A stretch of 64,000 nt of DNA from NCBI GenBank assembly GCA_963704645.1, contig OY969926.1, positions 1,152,001 to 1,216,000 of the forward strand, given 5' to 3'. The notes beneath the pieces were generated by a model. It worked only from the letters and a program-made list of their open reading frames with translations, was not told the origin of the DNA and did not search any database. Source of the DNA: an uncultured bacterium. GTDB lineage: Bacteria > Patescibacteriota > JACMRA01. Position numbers and translations under genes: made by a program. Below are positions 16,933 to 27,150 of the stretch, piece by piece (the first letter of the stretch is position 1; each line of letters starts with the position of its first letter).

Positions 16933-18222
16933 CTATATAAAGAATCCGTTTCCTGAGCCTCTCTTTAAGCTTGGATTAACCAACATTAAATATATAGATT
17001 TACTACCGGAAGGATCTATTACAATTTCTCCAATATTACCTATTGTAGTTGAAACACCAATTTTATCGTTAGTAGTCCAACTTTGCCCCCTGTTGGTTGT
17101 TGTAAACAACTTGTTATCTACACTTACTAAAATGCTATCTAAACCTTTTACTGGGTCTACAGCGGCATCTAAAACATTATATTGTTCGCTTTGAAGTGGT
17201 AATAAAATTTTAGAAAATTTACCATCTACATCTGAACTAAACCACATCTGCCTATCGGAAAGTAGAATCCAACCTTTATTACTACCCGAAGTTACAGGTA
17301 TTATTTTTTCATATATTCCAAAAGTATTTGTGTCTTTAGGAATTATGCTTAAGCTATCTTTAGGTTGATTTTCGCCTATTTTACTGGTTTCTTTATTCAA
17401 AGCTTTAGTTGTCCAAGTTTCACCATCGTTTGCTGAAACAGCCAAGCCATTTTTATTGAAAAGAATGTAGAACAGGTTATTGAACTCTGGAACAAAACCA
17501 ATTTGAACTGGCTGATCGTTGAAAGATTGAAGCTTCTGCCAAGTTTTTCCTCCGTCCAAACTTCTAATTAAAACACCTTTTTGCAAAACACCATAAATAC
17601 GCAATGGGTTTTTTGGATCTACAGCCAATAACTTAACTTCCACATTAGCTTGAACCTCAGTGTAAACCTCTTTAAAAGTGTCACCTCCATCGTTACTAGC
17701 AAAAATTTTACCAACCTTATTTTGACTTGCTGCAAAGTAAATATTTTCTTGATTTGTTGCGTCTACAGCAAAATCTGCGGATACAAGAGCGTCATTTTTA
17801 GCCACAATATTAGCAATTTCAGTGTCTTTAGCTTTTGCGTCAGAGTTTGTTGAAACAGGGTTAAAGATATATTTTCTCTGCCAAGTTCTACCTCCATCTT
17901 TTGTTCTAAATAGACCTTTCTGACTGGTTAACAAATATAGATTGTCTGTTGATGTTAGCACCATTTTTAAACCAGACAAATTATTTAAGCCAGTTGCTTC
18001 TGTTTGCCCGTTTAAAGTTTTAACAGCATTAATTCTACCAAATTTTTCTGTAGAAATTGTTGGATCTTGCTTTAAAACACCTAAACTTAGACTAGAAGAA
18101 CTACCACCTAGGTTTAAACCTGGAATTGTACATGCAGCTGCTGATGTGAAAATAGCTAGACCAGTAAAAGCTATCATACCTAATCTTTGTAAACTTTCAG
18201 ATAAGGAAAAATTTAAATTCAT
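16933..18222 (-). CDS. BNR/YCF48-like beta-propeller putative lipoprotein
   Basis: Lipobox-like SAAAC; Asp-boxes TKDGGRTW, SNDGGDTF, SLDGGKTW, SANDGETW. Confidence 0.8.
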   Translation of the reverse strand: MNLNFSLSESLQRLGMIAFTGLAIFTSAAACTIPGLNLGGSSSSLSLGVLKQDPTISTEKFGRINAVKTLNGQTEATGLNNLSGLKMVLTSTDNLYLLTSQKGLFRTKDGGRTWQRKYIFNPVSTNSDAKAKDTEIANIVAKNDALVSADFAVDATNQENIYFAASQNKVGKIFASNDGGDTFKEVYTEVQANVEVKLLAVDPKNPLRIYGVLQKGVLIRSLDGGKTWQKLQSFNDQPVQIGFVPEFNNLFYILFNKNGLAVSANDGETWTTKALNKETSKIGENQPKDSLSIIPKDTNTFGIYEKIIPVTSGSNKGWILLSDRQMWFSSDVDGKFSKILLPLQSEQYNVLDAAVDPVKGLDSILVSVDNKLFTTTNRGQSWTTNDKIGVSTTIGNIGEIVIDPSGSKSIYLMLVNPSLKRGSGNGFFI

Positions 18223-18259
18223 AGGCTAATTTTCTCCTAGATTAGGTGTTTTGTCAATT

Positions 18260-19798
18260 TTATGTTGTCACTGGCAGGGGTTTGTAATAATTAGCGAAAT
18301 AATTTTCATCTTTCCCTTGATTAACAGCTTTACTACTTACAAAACTGAATAAAATTATTAAAGCCATTGGCCACAAATGCATGTCATTTTTTTCTAAATT
18401 TATCACTGTTAAAGGTTTTTTAACTTCATTTGTCTGGATATTCGCTTGTGGAAAATTTTGATAATCAAGAGTTGAATTGATAATCGCATCAGTTTTAAAG
18501 TATTGTGATTTTACGACATCTACCGATTGCCTTGGTTGCAAATTACTTGATAAATTTGGTGGTAGTTTTATCAGCTCCTTTGAGGACTTAATATACACAT
18601 CTATGTTAGATAGTTTTGTTTCTAAGCTTGGCGAAACTAAACTAGGCTGATTAATTTTAACTTTTTCATGGAAACTTTGTTGAACAACTGGAAGTGAGTT
18701 TTTTGGAACTGAAATAGCTTGACTAATTTCTTTATTTTGGTAGTTTTGACTCGGAGCAACACTCGGAGCAACACTCGGAGCAACACTCGGAGCAACACTC
18801 GGAGCAACACTCGGAGCAACACTCGGAGCAACACTCGGAGCAACACTCGGAGCAACACTCGGAGCAACACTCGGAGCAACACTCGGAGCAACACTCGGAG
18901 CAACACTCGGAGCAACACTCGGAGCAACACTCGGAGCAACACTCGGAGCAACACTCGGAGCAACACTCGGAGCAACACTCGGAGCAACACTCGGAGCAAC
19001 ACTCGGAGCAACACTCGGAGCAACACTCGGAGCAACACTCGGAGCAACACTCGGAGCAACACTCGGAGCAACACTCGGAGCAACACTCGGAGCAACACTC
19101 GGAGCAACACTCGGAGCAACACTCGGAGCAACTTGAGTTTGTAAATCAGAATTATCTAAATTAACAGCTAAAGCACTTCCAAATTTGGGTGTGCCATAAT
19201 TACCTGAAAAATATTCTTCATTGGAAATTTCGTATTTTAAAGTTGACGGGTTGTATTGAACACTAAACTTACTTCCATAAGCTAAATCGACATCTTTTTC
19301 TAAATTTTTTATTTTATCTTCATTTAAACTAAACTCAGAAACTTTTTGCCCTGCAGAGTTAATTAAACTAGCTTGTATATTTCTCTGGCCTACAGTATTA
19401 GAACTTACTCTTAAAACTTTACCACTAACGCCGTCTGCTTCTATGTTAGCACTAGCAAGAGTTGAAATTAAACCATTATAACGATTTCGAACCAGGTAGT
19501 TGCTCTTAGCCTGAATGAAAGTATTGGGTGGAAATTTAAGGTTGTTAGTTGCTTCCTGAGACTGGTGAAACCGAAGTTGCCACAAGCCCACATCTATTGC
19601 CTTGTTATTAGGGTTTGTAATTTCAATCCACTTGTCATAGCTGCATAGTTTACAATTAGACCTAGTGCTTCCAGCGAAATTAACTTCACTAATATAAACA
19701 TTTTCTTCGGCTAAACTTATTACAGAAAAAACTGGCAAAAACCAAACTGACATTAAGCTTAAGCTGAAAAAAACAATGTAAATATATCTGCAGGGCAT
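18260..19798 (-). CDS. Lamin-tail-domain surface protein with a VAPS-repeat stalk and C-terminal TM
   Basis: Signal peptide, VYISEVNFAG...WIEITNP...GTP motifs, 32x VAPS, hydrophobic C-terminal segment. Confidence 0.8.
   Translation of the reverse strand: MPCRYIYIVFFSLSLMSVWFLPVFSVISLAEENVYISEVNFAGSTRSNCKLCSYDKWIEITNPNNKAIDVGLWQLRFHQSQEATNNLKFPPNTFIQAKSNYLVRNRYNGLISTLASANIEADGVSGKVLRVSSNTVGQRNIQASLINSAGQKVSEFSLNEDKIKNLEKDVDLAYGSKFSVQYNPSTLKYEISNEEYFSGNYGTPKFGSALAVNLDNSDLQTQVAPSVAPSVAPSVAPSVAPSVAPSVAPSVAPSVAPSVAPSVAPSVAPSVAPSVAPSVAPSVAPSVAPSVAPSVAPSVAPSVAPSVAPSVAPSVAPSVAPSVAPSVAPSVAPSVAPSVAPSVAPSVAPSQNYQNKEISQAISVPKNSLPVVQQSFHEKVKINQPSLVSPSLETKLSNIDVYIKSSKELIKLPPNLSSNLQPRQSVDVVKSQYFKTDAIINSTLDYQNFPQANIQTNEVKKPLTVINLEKNDMHLWPMALIILFSFVSSKAVNQGKDENYFANYYKPLPVTT
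18749..19132. repeat. Perfect 12-bp tandem repeat (ACTCGGAGCAAC)x32
   Basis: 384 bp with no mismatches seen; encodes VAPS. Confidence 0.97.
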
Positions 19799-20132
19799 GT
19801 TCTATAAAACGGCTTTATTATAAATTTTGCCAATATAAAAACAGATTCATTTTTTGGACAGATACCATTAGAATAATGCGAAATGGTTATTGAGTTTGGA
19901 GAGATCTATTTATTAAAATGTTTTTTGCTTAATCATATTAGTTAGATCTGAGGATGAAAGTAAAAATGAGACAAGCTCAGCTCGGAGCCACTTTTCAAAA
20001 AAGGTTTATGGTGACAGCTTATTTTTTTTCACTATTTCTCCTCTTAATATTTATGCATCATAAAGTATCCTGCCCTTCAACTCAATTTATAACTTTGACA
20101 TATCTTCAATTTTGAAACTTGTTGTAAATATT

Positions 20133-20777
20133 ATGGAGCAACCTAACCAAGCTAAATCTAATTTACCAAACCCAGCGATGGCAGTGTTGGCTACTTGGTT
20201 TCCAGTTAAAAAAACTTTTCAAATACTAGTTATTTTATTCGTAACAGTTATATTTTCCAGCATGGCTTATGTGTTGGTTTTAAACCTTGCAGCTTTCCAA
20301 TACAGCCCTGAAAACGTTGTAAATAAATTTACGCAATTAATTGAAAACCCTACCCAAACCGTAACTGAAGAAGAAAAGAAAGTGTTGGCAGACATTACAC
20401 AATCTGGTTTTTTGAATAGCTGGGGCAATGAGAATAACATTAAGCTTTTAAGAATATCTGCCGCTTCTAAACCGGTGGAAATTGGCGCAATTGAATATTC
20501 TGGGTCGGGCAAGAATTACGCTACTGTTGTTTTAAAGTTCCAAAATAATTTACCAAACCCAGAAGGAAAACAGGCTAAATTGTACTTAGAAAAGTATCCT
20601 TCAAGCAATTTTTATGGAATTTTTAACACAGCATACCGTTGGAGAATTTACCAAATAGATATGCCCCGAAGTTTAAATATTCTAGATAATATTAACAAAA
20701 CTGTAACCGAAACCACAGAACAAGTAGATAAATCTAGTAAGAGTTTTTGGGACAACGTTACTGGCCTTTTTAAGTAG
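20133..20777 (+). CDS. Membrane-anchored hypothetical protein
   Basis: Single N-terminal TM followed by a soluble domain; ATG 20133 preferred over TTG 20112. Confidence 0.7.
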   Translation: MEQPNQAKSNLPNPAMAVLATWFPVKKTFQILVILFVTVIFSSMAYVLVLNLAAFQYSPENVVNKFTQLIENPTQTVTEEEKKVLADITQSGFLNSWGNENNIKLLRISAASKPVEIGAIEYSGSGKNYATVVLKFQNNLPNPEGKQAKLYLEKYPSSNFYGIFNTAYRWRIYQIDMPRSLNILDNINKTVTETTEQVDKSSKSFWDNVTGLFK

Positions 20778-21129
20778 GAAGTATTTAGGACAACTTTTTA
20801 AAATATTTTCACTAATACATTTTAGCAGAACTAGCATTTATCCTTTTTAAGTAGGCATTTACTGTTGAGCTAATTGCATATACTTAATTTGTTTAGTATA
20901 GTTTAAGTTATAGTTATTTGCTTACAAAAATAACAAATTCACCAGATATAGTTTTCTGATGGGTTGAAAATTTTGTTGCTAAAATTACTAGTATTTTTCC
21001 CCAGCCTAAGTAATTTCTTAAGAAAACCTTCTAAATATTCATAAATATTAAACAAGCATTTCTTTTGAAATAAGGCTAAAGTGGAAAATATTCAAACAAA
21101 AAAACTTCATCAACAAAAATAAAAAACTT

Positions 21130-23787
21130 ATGAATTTATCTTCAACAAAAATAAAAATTAGCAATTTCCAAGCTAGAGTAATTGCCCTAACAGCTGCTTT
21201 ATTCTGCATATTCTGTTTGGCTTTACTTAATATGCAATCTGCAAATATAAACAACGGAGACGTACTTGGAGTTGTTACTGGTAAAGAAGGTTATGCCTTA
21301 AGATACAGTAAAACAACTAATGGTGGAATTGTATTTGCAGGAAATAGCTTATGCTTAGCTGAAAATGTAGATTATGGAAGTTGCGGCACTTACACAAGTC
21401 TAGACAGCCAAAGTGTAGACCAAGATTTTTCTCCTAAAACCAATGGCACAGTAGCCAACTGGGAAAAGAACGGAGGATTTACAAATGTAAACATTCCAGA
21501 TAAAAGCCAAGTTTTATACGCTGAATTAATTTGGGGTGGAAATTATAAATATTTAGATAAAAGCATTCAAAACAATTTAGACAATGCAGTTAAATTAGAG
21601 CTTCCAAATGGGAAAGTTGAAAGTATTAAACCTGTTAAAGAAACTGCTGCTGAAGTTCAGGAAAGCCATAGTTACGTTAGAACTTCTGGCGATATTTCTG
21701 GCTTAATTGGTTCTTCCGGAAAAGGTAAATACAGCCTATCTGGTGTGCCAAGTGTTATGATAAAAGGCAACCCTTACAACAATTATGTTGGTTTTACTTT
21801 GGCTATTGTATATTATAACCAAGATGAACCAGCTAGAAACTTATCTTTGTTTACAGCTGCAGAACAAGTAGGACCAGACCAATTTACAAACACCGCCGAA
21901 ATCAAAGGTTTTGCCACACCAACAAGCGGTGCAGTTAATGGAAAATTGCTAGTTAGCGCCCAAGAAGGAGATTCAATGTATAACGGAGATAGGCTAAAAT
22001 TTGGTTCAAATACCAACAACTTGCAAGATTTACAAGGCCCAAATAACAAAGTAGATAACTTTTTTGCCTCACAAATTAATAATAATGATGGCTATTTAGA
22101 TTCTACAGGTAGTTTTGGCAGCAAAAACCAAGCTTTAAATTCTAATAAGGTTGGAGCGCGACAAGGTTGGGATGTAACCGCTGTAAATATTAGCAATCGT
22201 TTAACCAACAAGCAAACTTCCGCTTATGCTAAAGCTACAAGCACAGGAGACACCTACTTAATTAATGCACTTGGTATTCAAATTGAGGTAAATTCTGCTC
22301 AACCCAAGCTAAGTTTAGAGCTAGTATCTCAAACTGGCCAATGCAAAGAAGACATGGTAAATTTAAAAATTACAGCTGTAAATAATGGAAGGTCCGATAG
22401 TCAAAACAACTTTTTGTTAGATATTGCGCCTGATGGATTTGAAGTTGTAGATAAAAAAATTAGCATTAATGGCCAATCTTCAATATTTGAAGGAAACAGT
22501 GCCAAATTACCAAATCTAAGCTATCAACAGACTGCCTCAATTACTTATACTTTAAAAAATGTAGGTAACAAAACTAGTTTAAACAATGGACCAACCTTTA
22601 GTTATGACTATGTAATGATGGATGGTGCTGCTCCAATTTCTGGAAAAATAGTTATTCCTACAGACAAAATTGATTTAAGCCAGAACTGCAAAGCGAATTT
22701 GCCACCACGCACAGAAGATGACAGTAGCATGGGCAAAATGAATAGTAACCAAAATATTGAAATTTTGAAAAATGATTCAGACGCAGAAGAAACACTAAGC
22801 TACAAAAATGTACAAATTAGTTTGCAGCCAAAAAATGGAACAGTAGAAATTAAAGATGGAAGTGTTATTTACACTCCAGCTAAAGACTATACTGGACTTG
22901 ATACATTTAACTACAAAATATGTGATGTTGTAAAAAGTTGCGATGAGGCAACAGTAAACTTAACCGTTATAGACATTCAAGCTATAACAGATTCAGAAAG
23001 TATGAATGTTGGGGAAATGAAGACAATTCAAGTTTTGGAAAACGATATTTTTAAAGCCGATGTCTACAATCCTAAATCTTTAGAAGTTGTTAAACAAGGT
23101 GTTGCTGGTCAGGCTGTGGTTGATATTGAAAAAAGCACAATAAACTATAAAGCAACTGCAACAGCTGCAGCTAGCGATGTTTTTGAATACAAAATATGTT
23201 TGTTAAACAGCGGTTTTTGTTCCATTGCTGAAGTTAAAATTGGAATAGAAACAATTCCACCATTACCACCTGTAGCAAATTCTGACGATGTAACAACTCA
23301 GGAATCTAAGCCGGTTATTGTTGAAATTTTGAAGAATGACGTTGCTGGAGAAGGGGAATTAGTTGCTTCCACAATACAAGTAACCAAACCTAGTGAAAAC
23401 GGAAGTGTTGAAGTTAATTTGCAATCTGGGGAAATTCAGTATAGTCCTAAAAGTGGATTTAGCGGGGTTGATACATTAGCCTACAAAGTTTGTAATCAAG
23501 CAGAATTATGCAGCACTACTGACGTAAAAATTACTGTTCAAGCCTTACCAATTGTTAAATCTGACACACAATCTTTACCAACAGCCAATATTTTAACTCA
23601 ACCTATTAAGGCCATTAACCAAGCACTAAAACCAATTCCATCTGTATTAGGTGTTTCAGAGTTAGTAAGAAGTGGTGGTAAAAATGTTTGGGTATCTGTA
23701 GCTTTTGGAGTTATTGGTGTAGTCGCAGCGGCAACTTTTGTCTGGCTAAGCTTACAACCAGAAAAGAAGTCTAAAAAAGCTGAGTAA
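21130..23787 (+). CDS. Cell-surface protein with Bacillus-type N-terminal domain, DUF11-like domain, three Ig-like (Big_9-type) repeats and C-terminal anchor
   Basis: VLYAELIWGG, RQGWDVTAV; repeats ILKND...YTP...G.D.F.YKIC; LVRSGG-TM-KKSKK. Confidence 0.8.
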   Translation: MNLSSTKIKISNFQARVIALTAALFCIFCLALLNMQSANINNGDVLGVVTGKEGYALRYSKTTNGGIVFAGNSLCLAENVDYGSCGTYTSLDSQSVDQDFSPKTNGTVANWEKNGGFTNVNIPDKSQVLYAELIWGGNYKYLDKSIQNNLDNAVKLELPNGKVESIKPVKETAAEVQESHSYVRTSGDISGLIGSSGKGKYSLSGVPSVMIKGNPYNNYVGFTLAIVYYNQDEPARNLSLFTAAEQVGPDQFTNTAEIKGFATPTSGAVNGKLLVSAQEGDSMYNGDRLKFGSNTNNLQDLQGPNNKVDNFFASQINNNDGYLDSTGSFGSKNQALNSNKVGARQGWDVTAVNISNRLTNKQTSAYAKATSTGDTYLINALGIQIEVNSAQPKLSLELVSQTGQCKEDMVNLKITAVNNGRSDSQNNFLLDIAPDGFEVVDKKISINGQSSIFEGNSAKLPNLSYQQTASITYTLKNVGNKTSLNNGPTFSYDYVMMDGAAPISGKIVIPTDKIDLSQNCKANLPPRTEDDSSMGKMNSNQNIEILKNDSDAEETLSYKNVQISLQPKNGTVEIKDGSVIYTPAKDYTGLDTFNYKICDVVKSCDEATVNLTVIDIQAITDSESMNVGEMKTIQVLENDIFKADVYNPKSLEVVKQGVAGQAVVDIEKSTINYKATATAAASDVFEYKICLLNSGFCSIAEVKIGIETIPPLPPVANSDDVTTQESKPVIVEILKNDVAGEGELVASTIQVTKPSENGSVEVNLQSGEIQYSPKSGFSGVDTLAYKVCNQAELCSTTDVKITVQALPIVKSDTQSLPTANILTQPIKAINQALKPIPSVLGVSELVRSGGKNVWVSVAFGVIGVVAAATFVWLSLQPEKKSKKAE

Positions 23788-23823
23788 TTATAACTAGAAA
23801 TATAGCTTATCACAATATATACA

Positions 23824-23839
23824 ACCACCTTCGGGTGGT
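23824..23839. terminator. cUUCGg hairpin between convergent genes
   Basis: ACCACC-TTCG-GGTGGT. Confidence 0.6.
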
Positions 23840-23887
23840 AATTGTGTTTTAAATTTTACCAAGGTAGCTGGTGATTTGCTGTGCATC

Positions 23888-24307
23888 CTAAATAATTTCC
23901 TCTACGGAATATACAACTTTTATTCCCAGCTCTTCTGCCTTAGCTAATTTACTTCCTGGTTTATCACCTACCAACAAAATGGTGGTTGCAGAAGTAACGG
24001 CACTAGTAATTTTAGCCCCCAGGTTAGATAATTTTAAAGCAATTGCATCTCTACTTTCAGCGAAAGAACCTGTAATGCAAATAGTTTGTCCAGATAAAAC
24101 ACCCTGTATATTTAGTTTGTCAGATTTCAAAGTCAGTGATTTGTTATTAGCTTCCAAAAAAGTAAATCCAGCTTGTAATTCACTAAACCTTTCAGAATTA
24201 GTAAACTCTTTTAGATTGGCTAAAAGCACTGCGCCTAAACCTTTCACTTCCTCTAGTTTAGAATAATCCAAACTTTTTAGTTTGCTTAAAAATTGGCTGG
24301 CTTGCAT
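23888..24307 (-). CDS. Stand-alone HhH plus BRCT C-terminal module of NAD-dependent DNA ligase
   Basis: LEEVKGLG (HhH); LSGQTICITGS...LGAKITSAVT...GDKPGSKLAKAEELGI (LigA BRCT). Confidence 0.85.
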   Translation of the reverse strand: MQASQFLSKLKSLDYSKLEEVKGLGAVLLANLKEFTNSERFSELQAGFTFLEANNKSLTLKSDKLNIQGVLSGQTICITGSFAESRDAIALKLSNLGAKITSAVTSATTILLVGDKPGSKLAKAEELGIKVVYSVEEII

Positions 24308-24345
24308 ATTGACAAATTGGCTATGTGGAATAACTTTAGGTAGGT

Positions 24346-26715
24346 ATGTCCCCTAGCCTAAAAAAAACTAGGCAGAATGTCAAAAATAAAAAAATTGATT
24401 ATTCTAATTTAGCCAATTCAAACAAGCCTAGCTCACTTATAGATAGAATTAAGTTCAATCTTAACTCTTGGCAGGCCTCTAAAAAAATTAAGGAAAACCA
24501 GGCCAAATTTAGCCAGAAACGTAATTCTAATTTTAGTAAAGAAAAATCTGATAGCAATAATAATTTCAGAAATAGTGCTGGTAGCACAGGCAAAGAAAGT
24601 GTAAATTTATCATCAAAAATTCAAGAAAATATAAAAAATCTATTAAAGGGCTTAGTGTTAAATATTATAGATAGAACAAATAATTTCAGTGCAAATCTTA
24701 ACCGATCTTTAGTTATTAGATTAGTTTTTGTAGTTTTTTTCCTTGTAATTGGAGTGCGTTTGGCCCAGCTTCAGTTAATTAGCAACGCACTATCTAGCAA
24801 CGGCGGCAGTTCCAATTCGCTTAGTAGTTTACAAGTTATTCCAGCTAGGAGAGGGCAGATTTTTATTCAAGATTTAAGCCAATCTAAAAATGAAATTCCT
24901 GTAACTTCTAGTCAAAGTTTGGCTAATGTATATTTTGACCCATTAATTTTAAAAAACCAACTTGATAATAAAGTTCTAAGCATAGAATCTGCTAGCCAAA
25001 TGGTGGCTGGAGCTTTAAATATAGACTGGAAAAGTGTTGAAAATCAATTCAAAACTGAAGTTGCAAAACCGGTTTTACTTAGACATGTAGTGATTCAAAA
25101 GTTTATTGATTCATCCCAAAAACAAGCAATAGATTATTTAAGAAGTTCTGAATTATATGTACAGTCAGGAGTAGCCTCTTTCAACCCTTGGCTTGGTGTA
25201 GAAAATATTGAAAGTCGAGTTTATCCAGAAAACCAAATGTTAAGTAGCACCATTGGCTTTGCTCCACGCAACCCAGTAACTGCAGACGAAGCTTTAAAGG
25301 TAAACGGTTGCCAAAGCATGGTAACAGATAATGTAGCTAGAGGCACCAGTTATTTAGGTCAATACAATATTGGCTACTATGGCTTAGAACAAAAATATTG
25401 TAGTGTTCTAGCTGGTTTAAATGGTCGTCAAATTTTTTCAAAGGAGATTGGTTCCAATAAAGAAGAGCAAGCCCGAGTGGTTAACGGAGCTAACATTTAC
25501 ACCACCATTGATAGGAATTTACAAAGAAATGCCGAAGATACGTTGCAACAATTGGTGAAAGATAACACCAACAGTAAAGGTGGGCCTAAGGATGGTTCTA
25601 TTTTAGTAATGGAAGTTAAAACTGGCAAAATTTTAGCCATGGCCAGCTACCCAAGTTTTGACCCAAACAGGTATGAAGAAGCTAATTCCACCGCCTTTAG
25701 AAATAGTATAACCAGTATAGATTACGAGGTTGGCTCGGTTATGAAGCCTTTAACTGTGGCTGCAATTAGAAATGAATGGGAAAATGGAGCTAAGGATTCT
25801 AACGGTAAAAACATTGGAATTCCAAATAATTGGGAATTTGAAGATTACGATTCAAAAGGCAAACCGTATCAAGAAAGAAACGGTACAATTTACTATATTC
25901 GTAATTCCCAAAACTTTTCCTACAGAGGTAGAGGTAAACAAAACATTTCCAACGTTTTACGAGATTCTATAAACACTGGAATTGCCCAAATGTTATCTGA
26001 AGGAATGCCGAATTCCAAATTACAACAATATATTACAGAGCAGTACAGAATTGGTCAGCCCACCCAAGTTAGCCTTCCAGGAGATGGTGGTGGAGATGTA
26101 AGACAGCTAGACACAAACTTAAATTCTGGATTTACATATGCCACTTTTGGTTTCGGTCAAGGCTTTACTCAGTCCCCTATTCAACTTGCCAGAGCATACA
26201 CTGCTTTAGCTAACAACGGTAAAATTGTAGAACCATATTTAGTAGAAAAAATTGCTTACGGTGACAACACTGTAGACGATGGAACCAGTGAAAACAGTAT
26301 TATTAAAAGGAAGCAGCCTCAGACAGTAATTTCTGAAAAGGTAGCCAAGGAAGTTACAGGGTATTTAGTAAATGTTTTAGATCAGGGTTATTTAGGCCAA
26401 AAATCAAGCAGAGGGCAAGTTCCCGGATATTCTGTTGCTGGTAAAACAGGAACCAGCCAAGTTGGTAGAATTGATAACGCCAAACTTTGTGCCTTAAGCG
26501 AAAACATTTATGATTGTAACACAAGGTTAGGAGTTTATGATCACACTTTTGTAGGTTACGGCCCTGCTCCAGACCCACAAATTTTAGTAATCATTAAATT
26601 GTCAGAACCAAGCCCTGGAAACGTTGATAACTTTGCTGAAAACACAGTTGGCCCAAGTTTTTCTAAAACAATGAAAAATGCATTGGAATATTTGGGTATA
26701 CCTAAAAATAGATAG
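24346..26715 (+). CDS. ftsI: Class B penicillin-binding protein (FtsI/PBP2-type)
   Basis: TM, ARRGQI, RVYP, GLEQ, SVMK, SIN, KTGT. Confidence 0.9.
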   Translation: MSPSLKKTRQNVKNKKIDYSNLANSNKPSSLIDRIKFNLNSWQASKKIKENQAKFSQKRNSNFSKEKSDSNNNFRNSAGSTGKESVNLSSKIQENIKNLLKGLVLNIIDRTNNFSANLNRSLVIRLVFVVFFLVIGVRLAQLQLISNALSSNGGSSNSLSSLQVIPARRGQIFIQDLSQSKNEIPVTSSQSLANVYFDPLILKNQLDNKVLSIESASQMVAGALNIDWKSVENQFKTEVAKPVLLRHVVIQKFIDSSQKQAIDYLRSSELYVQSGVASFNPWLGVENIESRVYPENQMLSSTIGFAPRNPVTADEALKVNGCQSMVTDNVARGTSYLGQYNIGYYGLEQKYCSVLAGLNGRQIFSKEIGSNKEEQARVVNGANIYTTIDRNLQRNAEDTLQQLVKDNTNSKGGPKDGSILVMEVKTGKILAMASYPSFDPNRYEEANSTAFRNSITSIDYEVGSVMKPLTVAAIRNEWENGAKDSNGKNIGIPNNWEFEDYDSKGKPYQERNGTIYYIRNSQNFSYRGRGKQNISNVLRDSINTGIAQMLSEGMPNSKLQQYITEQYRIGQPTQVSLPGDGGGDVRQLDTNLNSGFTYATFGFGQGFTQSPIQLARAYTALANNGKIVEPYLVEKIAYGDNTVDDGTSENSIIKRKQPQTVISEKVAKEVTGYLVNVLDQGYLGQKSSRGQVPGYSVAGKTGTSQVGRIDNAKLCALSENIYDCNTRLGVYDHTFVGYGPAPDPQILVIIKLSEPSPGNVDNFAENTVGPSFSKTMKNALEYLGIPKNR

Positions 26716-27150
26716 CTTATTAAGATACTTTTATTATTAAGTTTTTTGAAAAGGTTGTATTTAAAAAATTAATAGTAAATTTGATAATTATACCGTAATG
26801 TCATAGTAAACTGTCACTGAAATTTATGACATATACAAAGGTGACAGCCTCCAAGTTTGGGGTGACAAGTAGCGGTTCGAGCCATTCACGTGTAAATACA
26901 GTATTGCGTTTAAACTTTAGGGATATGTTGTGAGGGTATGCTTACCGTAAATATAATCTTAAAACTTAGTTATCCACAGTCTTTCGTTGTTTTGTAGGAT
27001 TTAAAAAATAAGCTTGGTTATACAGGCTTTTCATTTGGTAAAACCAAGTTACTTTGACTTTTGCTGTTTAATGCATTAGAATAAGCTACATTAAAGTAAT
27101 GGTAGCGTAAATTACTACCTACTTCTAAAACAAAAACAAATATTGCTGTA

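Noticed and set aside
18749-19132. CRISPR array
   Set aside because: Contiguous identical units without spacers, and no cas genes.
18637-19144. Alternative-frame ORFs (LLRV)n and (TRSN)n
   Set aside because: By-products of a stop-free 12-bp repeat; only the VAPS frame is embedded in a real protein.
26855-26890. tRNA- or tmRNA-like GGTTCGAGCC
   Set aside because: No acceptor stem, cloverleaf or CCA could be built.
26970-26978. Replication origin
   Set aside because: Only one DnaA box seen, with no dnaA/dnaN nearby.
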